Part shown: in pieces, positions 27,896 to 37,640 of the stretch
Layout of the letters: every line of letters begins with the position of its first letter
Position numbering within the stretch: the stretch's first letter is position 1
Source of the DNA: a bacterium
GTDB lineage: Bacteria > Bdellovibrionota_C > UBA2361 > CALJRW01
Reading direction: 5' to 3'
Assembly: GCA_031385045.1 (NCBI GenBank)
Contig: JANNBC010000025.1
Location: 18,511-82,510 of the forward strand
DNA: 64,000 nucleotides
The notes under the pieces: generated by a model
What the model was told of the DNA's origin: nothing
Seen by the model: only the letters and a program-made list of their open reading frames with translations
Databases searched by the model: none
Translations under genes and position numbers: made by a program

Positions 27896-29056
27896 ATGAT
27901 TCAAATGAAAATGACAAGAGAGGAGTTTTTAAAGCCAGTCCGAAGTATGGAAGTTTTGGCTGTGGCAACTATTGGATTCTTAGGATTTAGAAATTGGGAT
28001 CAAAAGCGAACCTATCATCGGACTAATAGTTCTAATGCACTGGTGGGGCATGTGGAAACAGATCCTGTAGTATCTAAGTTATCAGTCAGTCTAACTGGGT
28101 ACGTCAATAGTTTATCACTTTTAAGAGATGAGTATGCCTCAGCTTATCGTCATGTTCGAATGGTTCCAGTTGTTGTTCCTAGTGGTAAGGGGCGCGTGAC
28201 AATTCAGATGCGACCAGAAACTTACTGGTCAGAAGAAAAAAATATTCCCAAACATTCTGAGATTGATCAGTGGCTTGCAACTAGTAAAATATTGTTAGAG
28301 AAAGGGGAATATCTTAAAACTCCAGAATTAATTGATATCACTAGGTTACAAAGTGTTGCAATAAAGGCTGAAAAGGGAGATGCCACAAGTCAGAAAATTT
28401 TAACTACAGTAATTTATGGAACACTTGCTGGTGCAACTTTGATGTATGAGGAAGCCTTCGCTTTGTTAACTAAAGGTTATAGTAGCTATCAGGAAAGTTT
28501 GGAATCAATCTCGCTTCCACATGAAGTAAAGCGTCGTGATGTAATTAAATTAATTTCTGGACTTGCTGGAGTTTTAGTAGCAAGTGGTATTAATTATGGA
28601 ATTGATCAAAGTCTAAGTCAGGGAGAGAAAAAATTAAAAACTTTAGTTACTACAGTTGATCTGGAAACAAAACTTACCGCCTCTCAGTTGATTAGCAATT
28701 ATTTTGAAAGGGATTTGGGTTCCATGATTAGCCTTGTTGAATCGCAAATCAACACTAGTGCTGATGCTCTAGGAAAAGGGGTTAGTGAAGCAAAAGTTTC
28801 CGGAGCAATGAAACAGTTTCAGCAATCAGCTTCAGAGTTATCATCGACACTGAAGGAAATTGCTAATAACTCCGATTTTAATGAAGCTTTAGGATATTAT
28901 TCTGCCTGTGGAACCGCTACTCAAAAACTCAGTAATGCTTCAGCAGGGGAAGAGCGTTTAGCTAATATGGCTGTTGTTTTTGAAGGCTTAGGAGTAACAA
29001 CTGTTATGGGGTTACTGATCACTCTTGGTGAAAGATATAATTTGAGCCATCGCTAA
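27896..29056 (+). CDS. Hypothetical protein (386 aa)
   Basis: An ORF between nadB and nadA with no recognised domain and a hydrophobic C-terminal segment. Confidence 0.4.
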   Translation: MIQMKMTREEFLKPVRSMEVLAVATIGFLGFRNWDQKRTYHRTNSSNALVGHVETDPVVSKLSVSLTGYVNSLSLLRDEYASAYRHVRMVPVVVPSGKGRVTIQMRPETYWSEEKNIPKHSEIDQWLATSKILLEKGEYLKTPELIDITRLQSVAIKAEKGDATSQKILTTVIYGTLAGATLMYEEAFALLTKGYSSYQESLESISLPHEVKRRDVIKLISGLAGVLVASGINYGIDQSLSQGEKKLKTLVTTVDLETKLTASQLISNYFERDLGSMISLVESQINTSADALGKGVSEAKVSGAMKQFQQSASELSSTLKEIANNSDFNEALGYYSACGTATQKLSNASAGEERLANMAVVFEGLGVTTVMGLLITLGERYNLSHR

Positions 29057-29192
29057 AAGATTGCTCTTTCTAGATCTGATTGGAGTTAGATGGCTTTTAA
29101 AGCTTTGGACAAAGATCGACAATTAAATTAATATTAATACTTCGGATGTTGTAAGCATTCAGATTGCTACTATTTGTTATTATTAATTATCC

Positions 29193-30239
29193 ATGGGAAT
29201 AAATTGCGCTACTTTAGCAGAAACTAAAGAACAAATGTTTAAGAAATTATCTCGTGTTGTTCCAGAGATAGAGATTCCCTATAAAGCAGAATTAGTCTTT
29301 AAGATTAATCAATTAAAAAAAGAAAAAAATGTTGTAATTCTTGGCCATAATTATATGGAGCCAGCACTTTTTCATACAATCCCAGATATTGTCGGAGACT
29401 CCCTACAGCTTTCGCGCGAAGCTGCTAAAACTAATGCCGATATTATTATTTTCTGTGGTGTGAGGTTTATGGCAGAGACGGCCAAGATTCTAAATCCTGA
29501 TAAAACAGTTTTATTGCCGACAAGAGGAAAGGCTGGATGTTCTTTGGCCGCCGCTATCACTGCTCAAGATGTTCGGGATTTACGAGTAGCTTATCCAGGA
29601 CTTCCTGTCGTGGCTTACGTCAACACATATGCTGATGTAAAAGCTGAAATTGATTATTGCTGTACTTCTGGAAATGCAGTGAAGCTAGTTAAGTCTTTAG
29701 GCGATCAGCCAATTATTTTTCTACCGGATGAGTATCTTGCAAAAAATGTCGCTGATGAACTCGGTCGCAAAGTTGCCATCGCTAGTCCTGGAAATTACCC
29801 AGAAATTAAAGATGGAGTTTCGATTATTGGTTGGAAGGGGTGTTGCGAGGTCCATGACAAGTTTACTGTTGAGGATATTCAAATTGCTAGAAGGCAATAT
29901 CCTGATGTAGCTGTAATTACTCACCCTGAATCTCGCCCGGAAGTAGTCGCAGCATCAGATTTTAGTGGAAGTACCAGTGTGATGAATGCTTATGTTAAGA
30001 ATTCTCCGGCAAAGCGTTTCCTAATCCTTACTGAGTGTAGCATGGGGGATAATATTATCGCTGATAATCCTGATAAAGAGACTTTACGGATGTGTCATGT
30101 GCGTTGCCCTCATATGAATCAAATTACCTTAGAAGATACATTATATGCCCTAGAGCATAATGAAACGGTTATTACCATTCCTGAAGATATTAGAATTCGG
30201 GCCTTAAAGTCAGTAGAAAGGATGCTAGCTATTGGTTAA
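29193..30239 (+). CDS. nadA: Quinolinate synthase A
   Basis: 348 aa with the NadA triplicated fold. Three conserved Cys positions are consistent with Fe-S ligation. The gene sits near nadB. Confidence 0.8.
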   Translation: MGINCATLAETKEQMFKKLSRVVPEIEIPYKAELVFKINQLKKEKNVVILGHNYMEPALFHTIPDIVGDSLQLSREAAKTNADIIIFCGVRFMAETAKILNPDKTVLLPTRGKAGCSLAAAITAQDVRDLRVAYPGLPVVAYVNTYADVKAEIDYCCTSGNAVKLVKSLGDQPIIFLPDEYLAKNVADELGRKVAIASPGNYPEIKDGVSIIGWKGCCEVHDKFTVEDIQIARRQYPDVAVITHPESRPEVVAASDFSGSTSVMNAYVKNSPAKRFLILTECSMGDNIIADNPDKETLRMCHVRCPHMNQITLEDTLYALEHNETVITIPEDIRIRALKSVERMLAIG

Positions 30240-30289
30240 GAGAGTAAAATAGGCTATATTACGCGCTAAAGTTTTTATTATATCGTAGT

Positions 30290-30595
30290 ATGGGTCAGCC
30301 AACAGTAGAACAAGCCGTTAGAGAATTATGTATTTCAACATTACCTCGGGTCACTGAGTGCGGTGTGATTTTCAAATCATTACCACGCGATCATGAAGGG
30401 CGTTATGTAGTTCAAGTCGAGGGACCAAGAAGCATGTCAAACATAACATTTGATTATGATGGCGCTGTTCTTCCATCAATTAGAAAATTTCTTTCTCCAG
30501 ATGTTTTAGGATATCTAAAAAAATTACCAGATGCTGGCTTATATTTACCTTATGACGGACCAGATTGGATTCCAAGTTCTGCCCTTAGATCCTAA
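30290..30595 (+). CDS. Hypothetical protein (101 aa)
   Basis: ORF only. Confidence 0.35.
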   Translation: MGQPTVEQAVRELCISTLPRVTECGVIFKSLPRDHEGRYVVQVEGPRSMSNITFDYDGAVLPSIRKFLSPDVLGYLKKLPDAGLYLPYDGPDWIPSSALRS

Positions 30596-30734
30596 TAGGT
30601 AATCAAACTCCTTTTTCAGGTTGAATAAATAGAATCATTTCTGAGGTAACATGTCTTTTTCGTTATAAATTACTAAAATAATAGAATCCTGGAAGATTTT
30701 TATAACATCTTAAGCTCAGCTTATGCTATAAAAT

Positions 30735-31334
30735 TTGACTATGGAATTTAATTTAGAAACTATTTTTTGGATCTCAGCAGTTGTTGGATCTACTTTTTTT
30801 ATCTTGAAAACAGCAACAATGTTTTTGGGGTTAGGACATGATTTTGATCTAGCAATTGATCATCAATCCGATCTTCATGGACTTGATAATGCGGGTTCTG
30901 TCATGGCTTTTAAATTCATGTCGTTAACAGGAATCACAACTTTCTTAATGATGTTTGGCTGGGGCGGTTTAGTTGTCCTTAGGCAGTACCAAATGTCAGC
31001 GCTTGTCAGTTCCATTTTAGCAGTAGTGTTGGGAGTTCTTGCTGTTCTATTGATCGCCGTAATTTTTAAGTATGCTGTGAAATTACAGAGCTCTGGAGCG
31101 GATTATACGGCCAAGGATATTATTGGTTTACACGGCCAAGTCTATTCTCAGATTCCAGCAAATGGCCAAGGAAGAATTCAGATTAATGTTGGAGGTTTAG
31201 TTCGCGAAATTGATGCAATTAGTGCGGAACAAGTTGCGATTGCCTCCCATTTAAATGTTGAAGTTGTCAGTCAGATAGATCCAAATACAGTTTCAGTAAA
31301 ACTTATTAATAATTTAAATCAGGGAGATAAATAA
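30735..31334 (+). CDS. NfeD-family membrane protein (flotillin-associated, C-terminal OB-fold)
   Basis: Three TM helices then GLHGQVYSQIPANGQGRIQINVGGLVREIDAIS, an NfeD-like beta-barrel. The stop overlaps the flotillin start (ATAATG). Confidence 0.6.
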   Translation: MTMEFNLETIFWISAVVGSTFFILKTATMFLGLGHDFDLAIDHQSDLHGLDNAGSVMAFKFMSLTGITTFLMMFGWGGLVVLRQYQMSALVSSILAVVLGVLAVLLIAVIFKYAVKLQSSGADYTAKDIIGLHGQVYSQIPANGQGRIQINVGGLVREIDAISAEQVAIASHLNVEVVSQIDPNTVSVKLINNLNQGDK

Positions 31335-32668
31335 TGTTGTGGTTAATTGTTGGTTTCGTCGTTATCGCTTTTGTTTTTGTTGTTTTTATTGCTTCACGCT
31401 ATGTCCGTTGTCCGGGTAATCAGATTTTGGTTGTGCAAGGTAAGGTTGGTGAAGGACAAGCTGTTAAGTGTTATCACGGGGGAGCAACTTTTGTTTGGCC
31501 TTTAATTCAACAGGCTTCCTTTTTGGATTTAACTCCTCTGACAATTAATATCCCCTTAAAAGGCGCATTATCGCTACAAAATATTCGAGTCAACGTCCCG
31601 AGTACTTTTACTATCGCAGTTGATACTAGTCGTGAAACAATGAATAACGCCGCCGTTCGTTTACTAGATTTAGGGCCAAGAGAAATTGAGTTAATGGCTA
31701 ATGAGATTATTTTTGGTCAACTTCGTTTAACAATTGCCTCGCTTCGCATCGAGGAAATTAACCAAGATCGAGAAAGATTTTTAGAATCAATTAAAAACAA
31801 TATTGATCCCGAGCTTCGTAAAATTGGACTTTACCTAATTAACGTAAACATTACTGATATTACTGATGAGTCAGGCTATATTGAAAGTATTGGTAAAAAA
31901 GCTGCAGCAACGGCAATTAACCAAGCGAAAATTGACGTAGCTGAGCAAGAGAAGAAAGGGGAAATTGGTAAGGCAGAAGCTGATCGAGATCGCCGAGTAC
32001 AGGTGGCAATGTTTGATTCTCAAGCTGTGGAAGGGGAGAATAATGCTAAGGCTCAAATTGCTGATTACAATGCCGAATTAGAAGAAAGAGCTGCTATCGC
32101 CCATCAAAAAGGGGAAGTTGCTAATCAAAAAGCTATTACTGAAATTCAAATTGAAAAAGCTAAAGCTGAACATCGTCGCTTAGAAGCAGAAGAGATTGTT
32201 CAGATGGAAATTGATAAACGCAAAGTGGAAATTCAAGCTGAAGCTGAAGCTCAGAAACTTCGTAAAGAAGCATCAGGGGAAGCTGATTCGATTTTACTTG
32301 TTCAAACTGCTACTGCCGAAGGTATTCAAAAAGTTCTTGATGCCAAAGCTGAAGGTTATAAGCGATTGGTGGCCTCTTGTGCCAATGATCCAAAAGAAGC
32401 AGCAACGATGTTGCTTGTTGAAAAACTAGAAGAGATTGTGAAGTTACAAACTGAAGCAATTAAGAATATTAAAATTGATAAAATCACAGTTTGGGATAGT
32501 GGTAATGGAGAGAAAGGAAGCTCTACTGCAAATTTCATGAGTAGTATGGTTAATTCCTTACCGGCATTACATGATGTTGCTGGTATGGCAGGAATTGATT
32601 TGCCTAAGTATCTAGGTAAGGTTCAGGAAGAAAAAGCATCTCAAATTCGCCTTGATGCCAATTCGTAA
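31334..32668 (+). CDS. Flotillin-like SPFH/band-7 protein
   Basis: An N-terminal TM, an SPFH domain and a long Ala/Glu/Lys-rich coiled-coil (EAEAQKLRKEA repeats) typical of FloT/YqiK. Confidence 0.75.
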   Translation: MLWLIVGFVVIAFVFVVFIASRYVRCPGNQILVVQGKVGEGQAVKCYHGGATFVWPLIQQASFLDLTPLTINIPLKGALSLQNIRVNVPSTFTIAVDTSRETMNNAAVRLLDLGPREIELMANEIIFGQLRLTIASLRIEEINQDRERFLESIKNNIDPELRKIGLYLINVNITDITDESGYIESIGKKAAATAINQAKIDVAEQEKKGEIGKAEADRDRRVQVAMFDSQAVEGENNAKAQIADYNAELEERAAIAHQKGEVANQKAITEIQIEKAKAEHRRLEAEEIVQMEIDKRKVEIQAEAEAQKLRKEASGEADSILLVQTATAEGIQKVLDAKAEGYKRLVASCANDPKEAATMLLVEKLEEIVKLQTEAIKNIKIDKITVWDSGNGEKGSSTANFMSSMVNSLPALHDVAGMAGIDLPKYLGKVQEEKASQIRLDANS

Positions 32669-32674
32669 ATAGAT

Positions 32675-32701
32675 GCTCGTGATGCCTAGGGCATCACGAG
32701 C
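32675..32701. terminator. Bidirectional intrinsic terminator GCTCGTGATGCC-tag-GGCATCACGAGC
   Basis: A perfect 12-bp stem between the convergent flotillin (+) and GNAT (-) genes. Confidence 0.6.
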
Positions 32702-32712
32702 TATCATTAGAA

Positions 32713-33375
32713 TTAAAATTGTTGATAAGCAATTAAGGTGCTCCCAGAGTCACTTTTTCTGGCCATAATTCCAACAAACCCACGTTCTATTAATTTTGAT
32801 TGTTGCTCAATATCGGTAGACTCAATCCAAATATCTGATTTAATCTCAAGTTGGATATTATTTAAATCAAGATAGGTGGCATATCTAAGTGATCCAAAGT
32901 GTTCTTCGCTAACATTGACAATCTGAAAACCACTATCCAATAAAATTTTAATAGATTTACCATTCATCGGTGAGACGGTCGCAAGTGCATGATTAAGTCC
33001 AAGCCTCCTTGCTGCCATTAAACATTCTTTTAGAAGTATTTTTATCAGTCCTGCTTCTCTTGCCTCGATTGAGACAACGTAAGCTAAACGAATAAAGCCT
33101 TGTTCTAAATTAATTTTGGGAAGTATTTTATTGAATATTAAAATATCTTCCTTTTGACTAAATCCAATACAAACAGCGATCAGGCGATCTTTTAGAAAAC
33201 TACCAAAGATCATTCCGCGGACTAAGGACTCTTGGACAATTGAATCTTTAATTGGGATATAGGTCTTTATTCCAACTTCTTCAGCCACTTGTAATTGAAG
33301 TTCTTGGATCAAAGCTAAATCGGCTATATTTAATAATCTATTCGACATTTTTTTGATGCGCAATGATAAAATCAA
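32713..33375 (-). CDS. GNAT-family N-acetyltransferase
   Basis: The C-terminal half has GNAT motifs A/B (IEAREAGLIKILLKECLMAARRLGLNHALATVSPMNGKSIKILLDSGFQIV). The start may be the internal Met at 33348. Confidence 0.5.
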   Translation of the reverse strand: MILSLRIKKMSNRLLNIADLALIQELQLQVAEEVGIKTYIPIKDSIVQESLVRGMIFGSFLKDRLIAVCIGFSQKEDILIFNKILPKINLEQGFIRLAYVVSIEAREAGLIKILLKECLMAARRLGLNHALATVSPMNGKSIKILLDSGFQIVNVSEEHFGSLRYATYLDLNNIQLEIKSDIWIESTDIEQQSKLIERGFVGIMARKSDSGSTLIAYQQF

Positions 33376-33940
33376 TTAATTCATCTAATTTAAGATTAAT
33401 CCTTGAAAGTGCATCTGAAATATCATCTCGATTAACTTGAGCAGCAAATGCCGGAGTTTTAATTTTTTTAATCACCGATTTAGATTCTAATCCTTCGTAT
33501 TTCGTTGGGCGGATTAAGGCGCAAGCGTGAATCAAACCTGATAATTCATCAAAGGCATAGATCATTTGATCCATTTTGTTTTTAGGTTCTACACCAAAGT
33601 ATCTCGGACTATGAGAGGCAATACACTGAATAATCTCAGGATCAATTTGACGCCTTTCTAATTCTTCAATAATCATTCGACAATGTGCTGCTGGATCTTT
33701 CTCCCAGTCAGCATCATGGAGTAGTCCTGCCAGTTCCCATTTCTGTGCAGTAATTGGATCTGCCTTTTCTTTCTGGATAGCCCAAGCTTTCATGTTTGCC
33801 GCAACTTGTCTCATATGTAAACGGAGTTTAGGATTTGGAACCCATTCCGCAAGTAACTGCTCGGCTTCTTCAATCGGCATTAAATTCCCAGAGTTTTTTG
33901 GGTCTCCAAAAATGTTTCGACCTAAATGATGTGTGTGCAT
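33338..33940 (-). CDS. HD-domain phosphohydrolase
   Basis: An H..HD motif (LLHDADWEK) and further His/Asp residues downstream. Confidence 0.55.
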   Translation of the reverse strand: MHTHHLGRNIFGDPKNSGNLMPIEEAEQLLAEWVPNPKLRLHMRQVAANMKAWAIQKEKADPITAQKWELAGLLHDADWEKDPAAHCRMIIEELERRQIDPEIIQCIASHSPRYFGVEPKNKMDQMIYAFDELSGLIHACALIRPTKYEGLESKSVIKKIKTPAFAAQVNRDDISDALSRINLKLDELIDFIIAHQKNVE

Positions 33941-33953
33941 AATAATTAAAAAG

Positions 33954-34910
33954 TTAAATTAATGGATTCTCCCACGGTAAACTCCGAACTTCTTGAATGA
34001 TCAGTGGTTTGCTTGTAGCTAGTTTGATAATATCTTCAGCTAGTTCTCTGTTTCTAGCAATAACTATTGGACCAGATCCATTTAATTGATAATTATTACC
34101 ATCAAGTTGCAAAACAACCCCGCCAGCATTTTCTACAATTACCTTAATGGCAGCTAAATCCCAAATTTCTTGTTTAAGCTTGGCACTATTATTATCATGG
34201 ACTACTGCTACTGGTCCATTAGCTAGAAGTGTTCGGCAGCCGATTGCTGAGTGGGGAACTTCTATGGTGACTAATGCGGCACCTTGGGGAGTTCTTAGAT
34301 TGGTTCTTAGATTGGCAAACAATTCAGTTTCATAGCGTGAATCCCCGTAATGATTAAGTGCAACCCAGGAGGATTGGAGTGGGGTAGAATGAGTAGTTTT
34401 TAATTCTACTAGGCCAGTTTCTTTGGAGTAGTAGTGCGAACCTTTTCCAGTGCTAGCAAAAAACCATTCTTCTGTTAGTGGAAGATAGACAACCCCAAGT
34501 TCTATCTGAAGATTACTTTGTAAGGCAATAAGTACTGCCGGGTGGGCCGGATTGGTTTTAAAGATGAAAGCTGAGGTTCCATCTAGAGGATCAATAATCC
34601 AACACCTCTGATTTAAATTCATGTAATTATTAGGGCTTTCTTCCGAAATAATTTTGATTTCGGGAGTTGCTGTGTCTAGTAATCGAAGAATTGCATCATT
34701 AGCTTTTTGGTCAGTTGCTGTTACAAAATCGCCAATTCCCTTAGATCTAAAATCTTGATGCTGTATCGATTGATAAGATTCTTGAATAATTTTACCAGCA
34801 ATCTGACAAGCTTCGCCCGCCGTTAATCCATGTTCATGTATAGCACCCAAGAACCTAAGTGCTAAATTTTGCTTGTTAGGTGTGCTGTTTAAAGAATGAT
34901 TTGTTAACAT
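33954..34910 (-). CDS. Inositol monophosphatase / CysQ-family phosphatase
   Basis: A WIIDPLDGTSAFI metal-binding motif and the EE..P motif (ISEESP). Confidence 0.7.
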   Translation of the reverse strand: MLTNHSLNSTPNKQNLALRFLGAIHEHGLTAGEACQIAGKIIQESYQSIQHQDFRSKGIGDFVTATDQKANDAILRLLDTATPEIKIISEESPNNYMNLNQRCWIIDPLDGTSAFIFKTNPAHPAVLIALQSNLQIELGVVYLPLTEEWFFASTGKGSHYYSKETGLVELKTTHSTPLQSSWVALNHYGDSRYETELFANLRTNLRTPQGAALVTIEVPHSAIGCRTLLANGPVAVVHDNNSAKLKQEIWDLAAIKVIVENAGGVVLQLDGNNYQLNGSGPIVIARNRELAEDIIKLATSKPLIIQEVRSLPWENPLI

Positions 34911-34983
34911 AAAAAATTGCTTAAAAATAAAGTTATTCTTAAATAAAGGAGATTTAAGTGCTTTTCTTCAAATCTAGCTGTCT

Positions 34984-35976
34984 TTGATCCGAAAATATGG
35001 TAATTATTGGATCAATATGAAATTAAATGATCAAGAAAAAAGAGTTCTGGCAGCTGTTGAACTAGCAGCAGATAAGACTGTTCCTGAGATTGCCAAAGAA
35101 ACCAGAATGCAAGCTGCAAGTGTACAAAGATCTTTAAGTAATTTGATTTCTCATAGAATTATTGATGGTCGGACAACCATCATCGATTTAGCCAAACTTG
35201 GATTTATTGAACACGGACTTTTTGTTTCCTTAAATGCCAATGTCGCCCAGCTCGAAGCATTTATGAAGGAGCTTCAAAAACATCCTCAAGTAAGTTGGAT
35301 TGCAGAAGGTGGAGCTAAGTATGACTTAATGTTTAATCTTGTGGTTCAAAACTCCCGAGAGGCGATGAATTTTTTAGATCGTTTAACTATTAGGTTCCCA
35401 GAAATTATTCGAGAAAAAGAAATCTTAATTAGAATGGAAAGGTTGCGCTACTGGAGAAGGTATCTAAGTGGTAATATTCGTAAGCGTCCACAATTTATCA
35501 TCGGTGCAGATGCCAAACAGGTTGAAATTGATAGTCGGGATAGGCAAGTACTGCTAGCTCTTAGCCAGACAAAGTTAGAGTCATTTCGAGAACTGGCACT
35601 TACTTGTGAAATGCCGATTAGCTCCTTTCTTCGCCGACTTCAAAAATTAAAAGAATCTAATTTAGTTTTAGGCTTTGGATATCGTCTTAATTTAGAAATG
35701 CTTGGTGTTCAGCAATATCGCGTTCTAATTGCGACAGCGGATCAATCTGCTGCCTATAAAAGTTTAAAATTATACTGTGAAGAAACTGGTAAGATTAAAT
35801 TACTGACTAGATGCCTAGGTCGATATGACTTTGATTTAGAAATAGATATTCCAATGGCTGACGATATTAGACAGGTAATCGGAGATTTGAAAAACATTTT
35901 ACATCAATTTAAGCCGGAAATTCAGATTGTTCCCATTTTTAAACATCGTAAATTTATTGCATTCCCTGTAAGTTGA
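34984..35976 (+). CDS. Lrp/AsnC-family transcriptional regulator, tandem duplicated (two HTH+RAM modules)
   Basis: Two AsnC-type HTH segments (..EKRVLAAVELAADKTVPEIAKETRMQAASVQRSL.. and ..DRQVLLALSQTKLESFRELALTCEMPISSFLRRL..) each followed by a RAM-like region. Confidence 0.6.
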   Translation: MIRKYGNYWINMKLNDQEKRVLAAVELAADKTVPEIAKETRMQAASVQRSLSNLISHRIIDGRTTIIDLAKLGFIEHGLFVSLNANVAQLEAFMKELQKHPQVSWIAEGGAKYDLMFNLVVQNSREAMNFLDRLTIRFPEIIREKEILIRMERLRYWRRYLSGNIRKRPQFIIGADAKQVEIDSRDRQVLLALSQTKLESFRELALTCEMPISSFLRRLQKLKESNLVLGFGYRLNLEMLGVQQYRVLIATADQSAAYKSLKLYCEETGKIKLLTRCLGRYDFDLEIDIPMADDIRQVIGDLKNILHQFKPEIQIVPIFKHRKFIAFPVS

Positions 35977-36044
35977 TTTTTTATCTACTTATTATCTTCT
36001 AATCTCATGGTAAATTTTTATATTCTGGAATGACATTAATTTAA

Positions 36045-37562
36045 CTATACAAGTTCATGACTGGGTGGTGCAATTCTATTTTGTAGAAAGTTTAAATAGG
36101 CACTATTTAAATCAATGACAGATTTTGCAGAATTTGCCCTGGCGCAAATTTTCTCAACAACTTGACGATCGATTGTTGGAGTATGTAGAGGATCAAAATG
36201 AGCACTAAAGATCATTTGATTTACAAGTCCTACTAATTTTCTTAATCCTTTAATATCCATGTAAGGTTCAAACTTTAGGTCTCCATGAATTGCTGGGGTT
36301 GTTGAGTAAACAGATTGTCCAGTTAAGTAAGCAAAAAAGTCGGCACTATGACTAATTAACTTGGGATTATTACTATTAGCCATCGATAAAATTAAACGTG
36401 ATAGTCGTTGAGGAGAAGTCAAATCCGAGGCCTTAGCTAAGTAACCATCAGAATTAAATTTTACCAACCAAGTTTCCAATTGTACTGAAGTAGGAGCGAA
36501 GGCCTGGATCCGATAAATCCCAGGGAGTCCTTTACTCACGGCATATTTGCCCATTAAATGACGAGTAAATGTCATTAATTCTCGCACAGCTTGGGAGTTA
36601 TTAGTTTGTTGATAATTGGAAAGTTCCAGGTAAGCTAATTTATTTAGAAATTCAGGGTTATTACGATTTTGAATAAATGAACCGACAATTCTAATATTTT
36701 CTAAATTAGTTCTTAAGACTGGGTCGCTTACCTGATTAGGATCATGATAAAAATCTAGCTGTCGACGATTAGTCATCTTTGCTCGGAAGATCTTCACTTT
36801 TTTTAAATCTATTGGCCCATTTAAAGGAACTTGGAACTTAACGATCCAAGCAAAACGTGTTTTTCCTTCTAATAGACTAGTTTCTTTTTCCACGTCATCG
36901 CCAATCATCGGTTGATGCCCATGACTTCCATAAAGTGTATAGCCAAAGCGACTGGCATTCCTAATTAAAGGATCATCTAATGTTAAATTAAAATAGGGAG
37001 TAATATCAGCAAACCCCACATAGACTTCAAAGTGATCTCGCTTGGCTCGGACATACAGAACATCATCGTAATCCCCGTAGACAGGTTGATCTTGTTCATC
37101 CCGAACACCATCCGAATCAATCGAGATAAAAGGTAGTTCTTGTAGATCAACAAATTTAAGTTTATGCCGATAAAAATTTACTGGTCGAACAGAATCTACA
37201 AATAATTTTTTATATAACTGATTAGCCTCTTCGCTAGAAATTTTATAATCAAATTCCGCCGGACTTTTCATGATTCGAAAAAAAGCCATTTGATCAGGCA
37301 CTAAATTAATTGTTCTGAGATCAAAGGATTTAGCAATTTGACGATTTTCTTCTAAATCGGGAAGCTCCAAGGCATAGATCTTTAATCTTTGTTTGGTTTT
37401 AGCGTCACTTACCTGATAGGTTTTAATACTAAGTCCAATTGCACCTCTTAGTTGATCACGGAGATTTAAAACTTGTTGATCTTCACGCGACTGTCTTCGA
37501 AATCCAAAGCTTGATAAGTCGAGATGGGTATTGTGGAGGTTCGGAGACTGCATTACCACCAT
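36045..37562 (-). CDS. Hypothetical protein with divergent RNB-like (RNase II/R family) motifs
   Basis: ISIDSDGVRDEQDQPVYGDYDDVLYV...VYVGFADITPYF resembles RNB motif I (tIDp.dakDfDDAlsv...l.VHIADVshyV). QPMIGDDVEKETSLLEGKTRFAWIV resembles the iPMLPe.Ls..lcSL motif. No CSD or S1 domains are seen. Confidence 0.4.
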   Translation of the reverse strand: MVVMQSPNLHNTHLDLSSFGFRRQSREDQQVLNLRDQLRGAIGLSIKTYQVSDAKTKQRLKIYALELPDLEENRQIAKSFDLRTINLVPDQMAFFRIMKSPAEFDYKISSEEANQLYKKLFVDSVRPVNFYRHKLKFVDLQELPFISIDSDGVRDEQDQPVYGDYDDVLYVRAKRDHFEVYVGFADITPYFNLTLDDPLIRNASRFGYTLYGSHGHQPMIGDDVEKETSLLEGKTRFAWIVKFQVPLNGPIDLKKVKIFRAKMTNRRQLDFYHDPNQVSDPVLRTNLENIRIVGSFIQNRNNPEFLNKLAYLELSNYQQTNNSQAVRELMTFTRHLMGKYAVSKGLPGIYRIQAFAPTSVQLETWLVKFNSDGYLAKASDLTSPQRLSRLILSMANSNNPKLISHSADFFAYLTGQSVYSTTPAIHGDLKFEPYMDIKGLRKLVGLVNQMIFSAHFDPLHTPTIDRQVVEKICARANSAKSVIDLNSAYLNFLQNRIAPPSHELV

Positions 37563-37640
37563 TATAAGCGATCTTTTTCCTATAGTAACTACATATTTTT
37601 AATAAGGGAATGTAATTAGATATAAATCAGCCTCATTAGT

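Noticed and set aside
31334-32668. Possible repeat-driven artefact in the flotillin coiled-coil region (antisense ORFs 31871-32056, 32196-32429, 32356-32538)
   Set aside because: The antisense and +frame ORFs arise from the AAG/GAA-rich coding sequence of the Lys/Glu/Ala coiled coil. The flotillin frame is continuous and homologous throughout.
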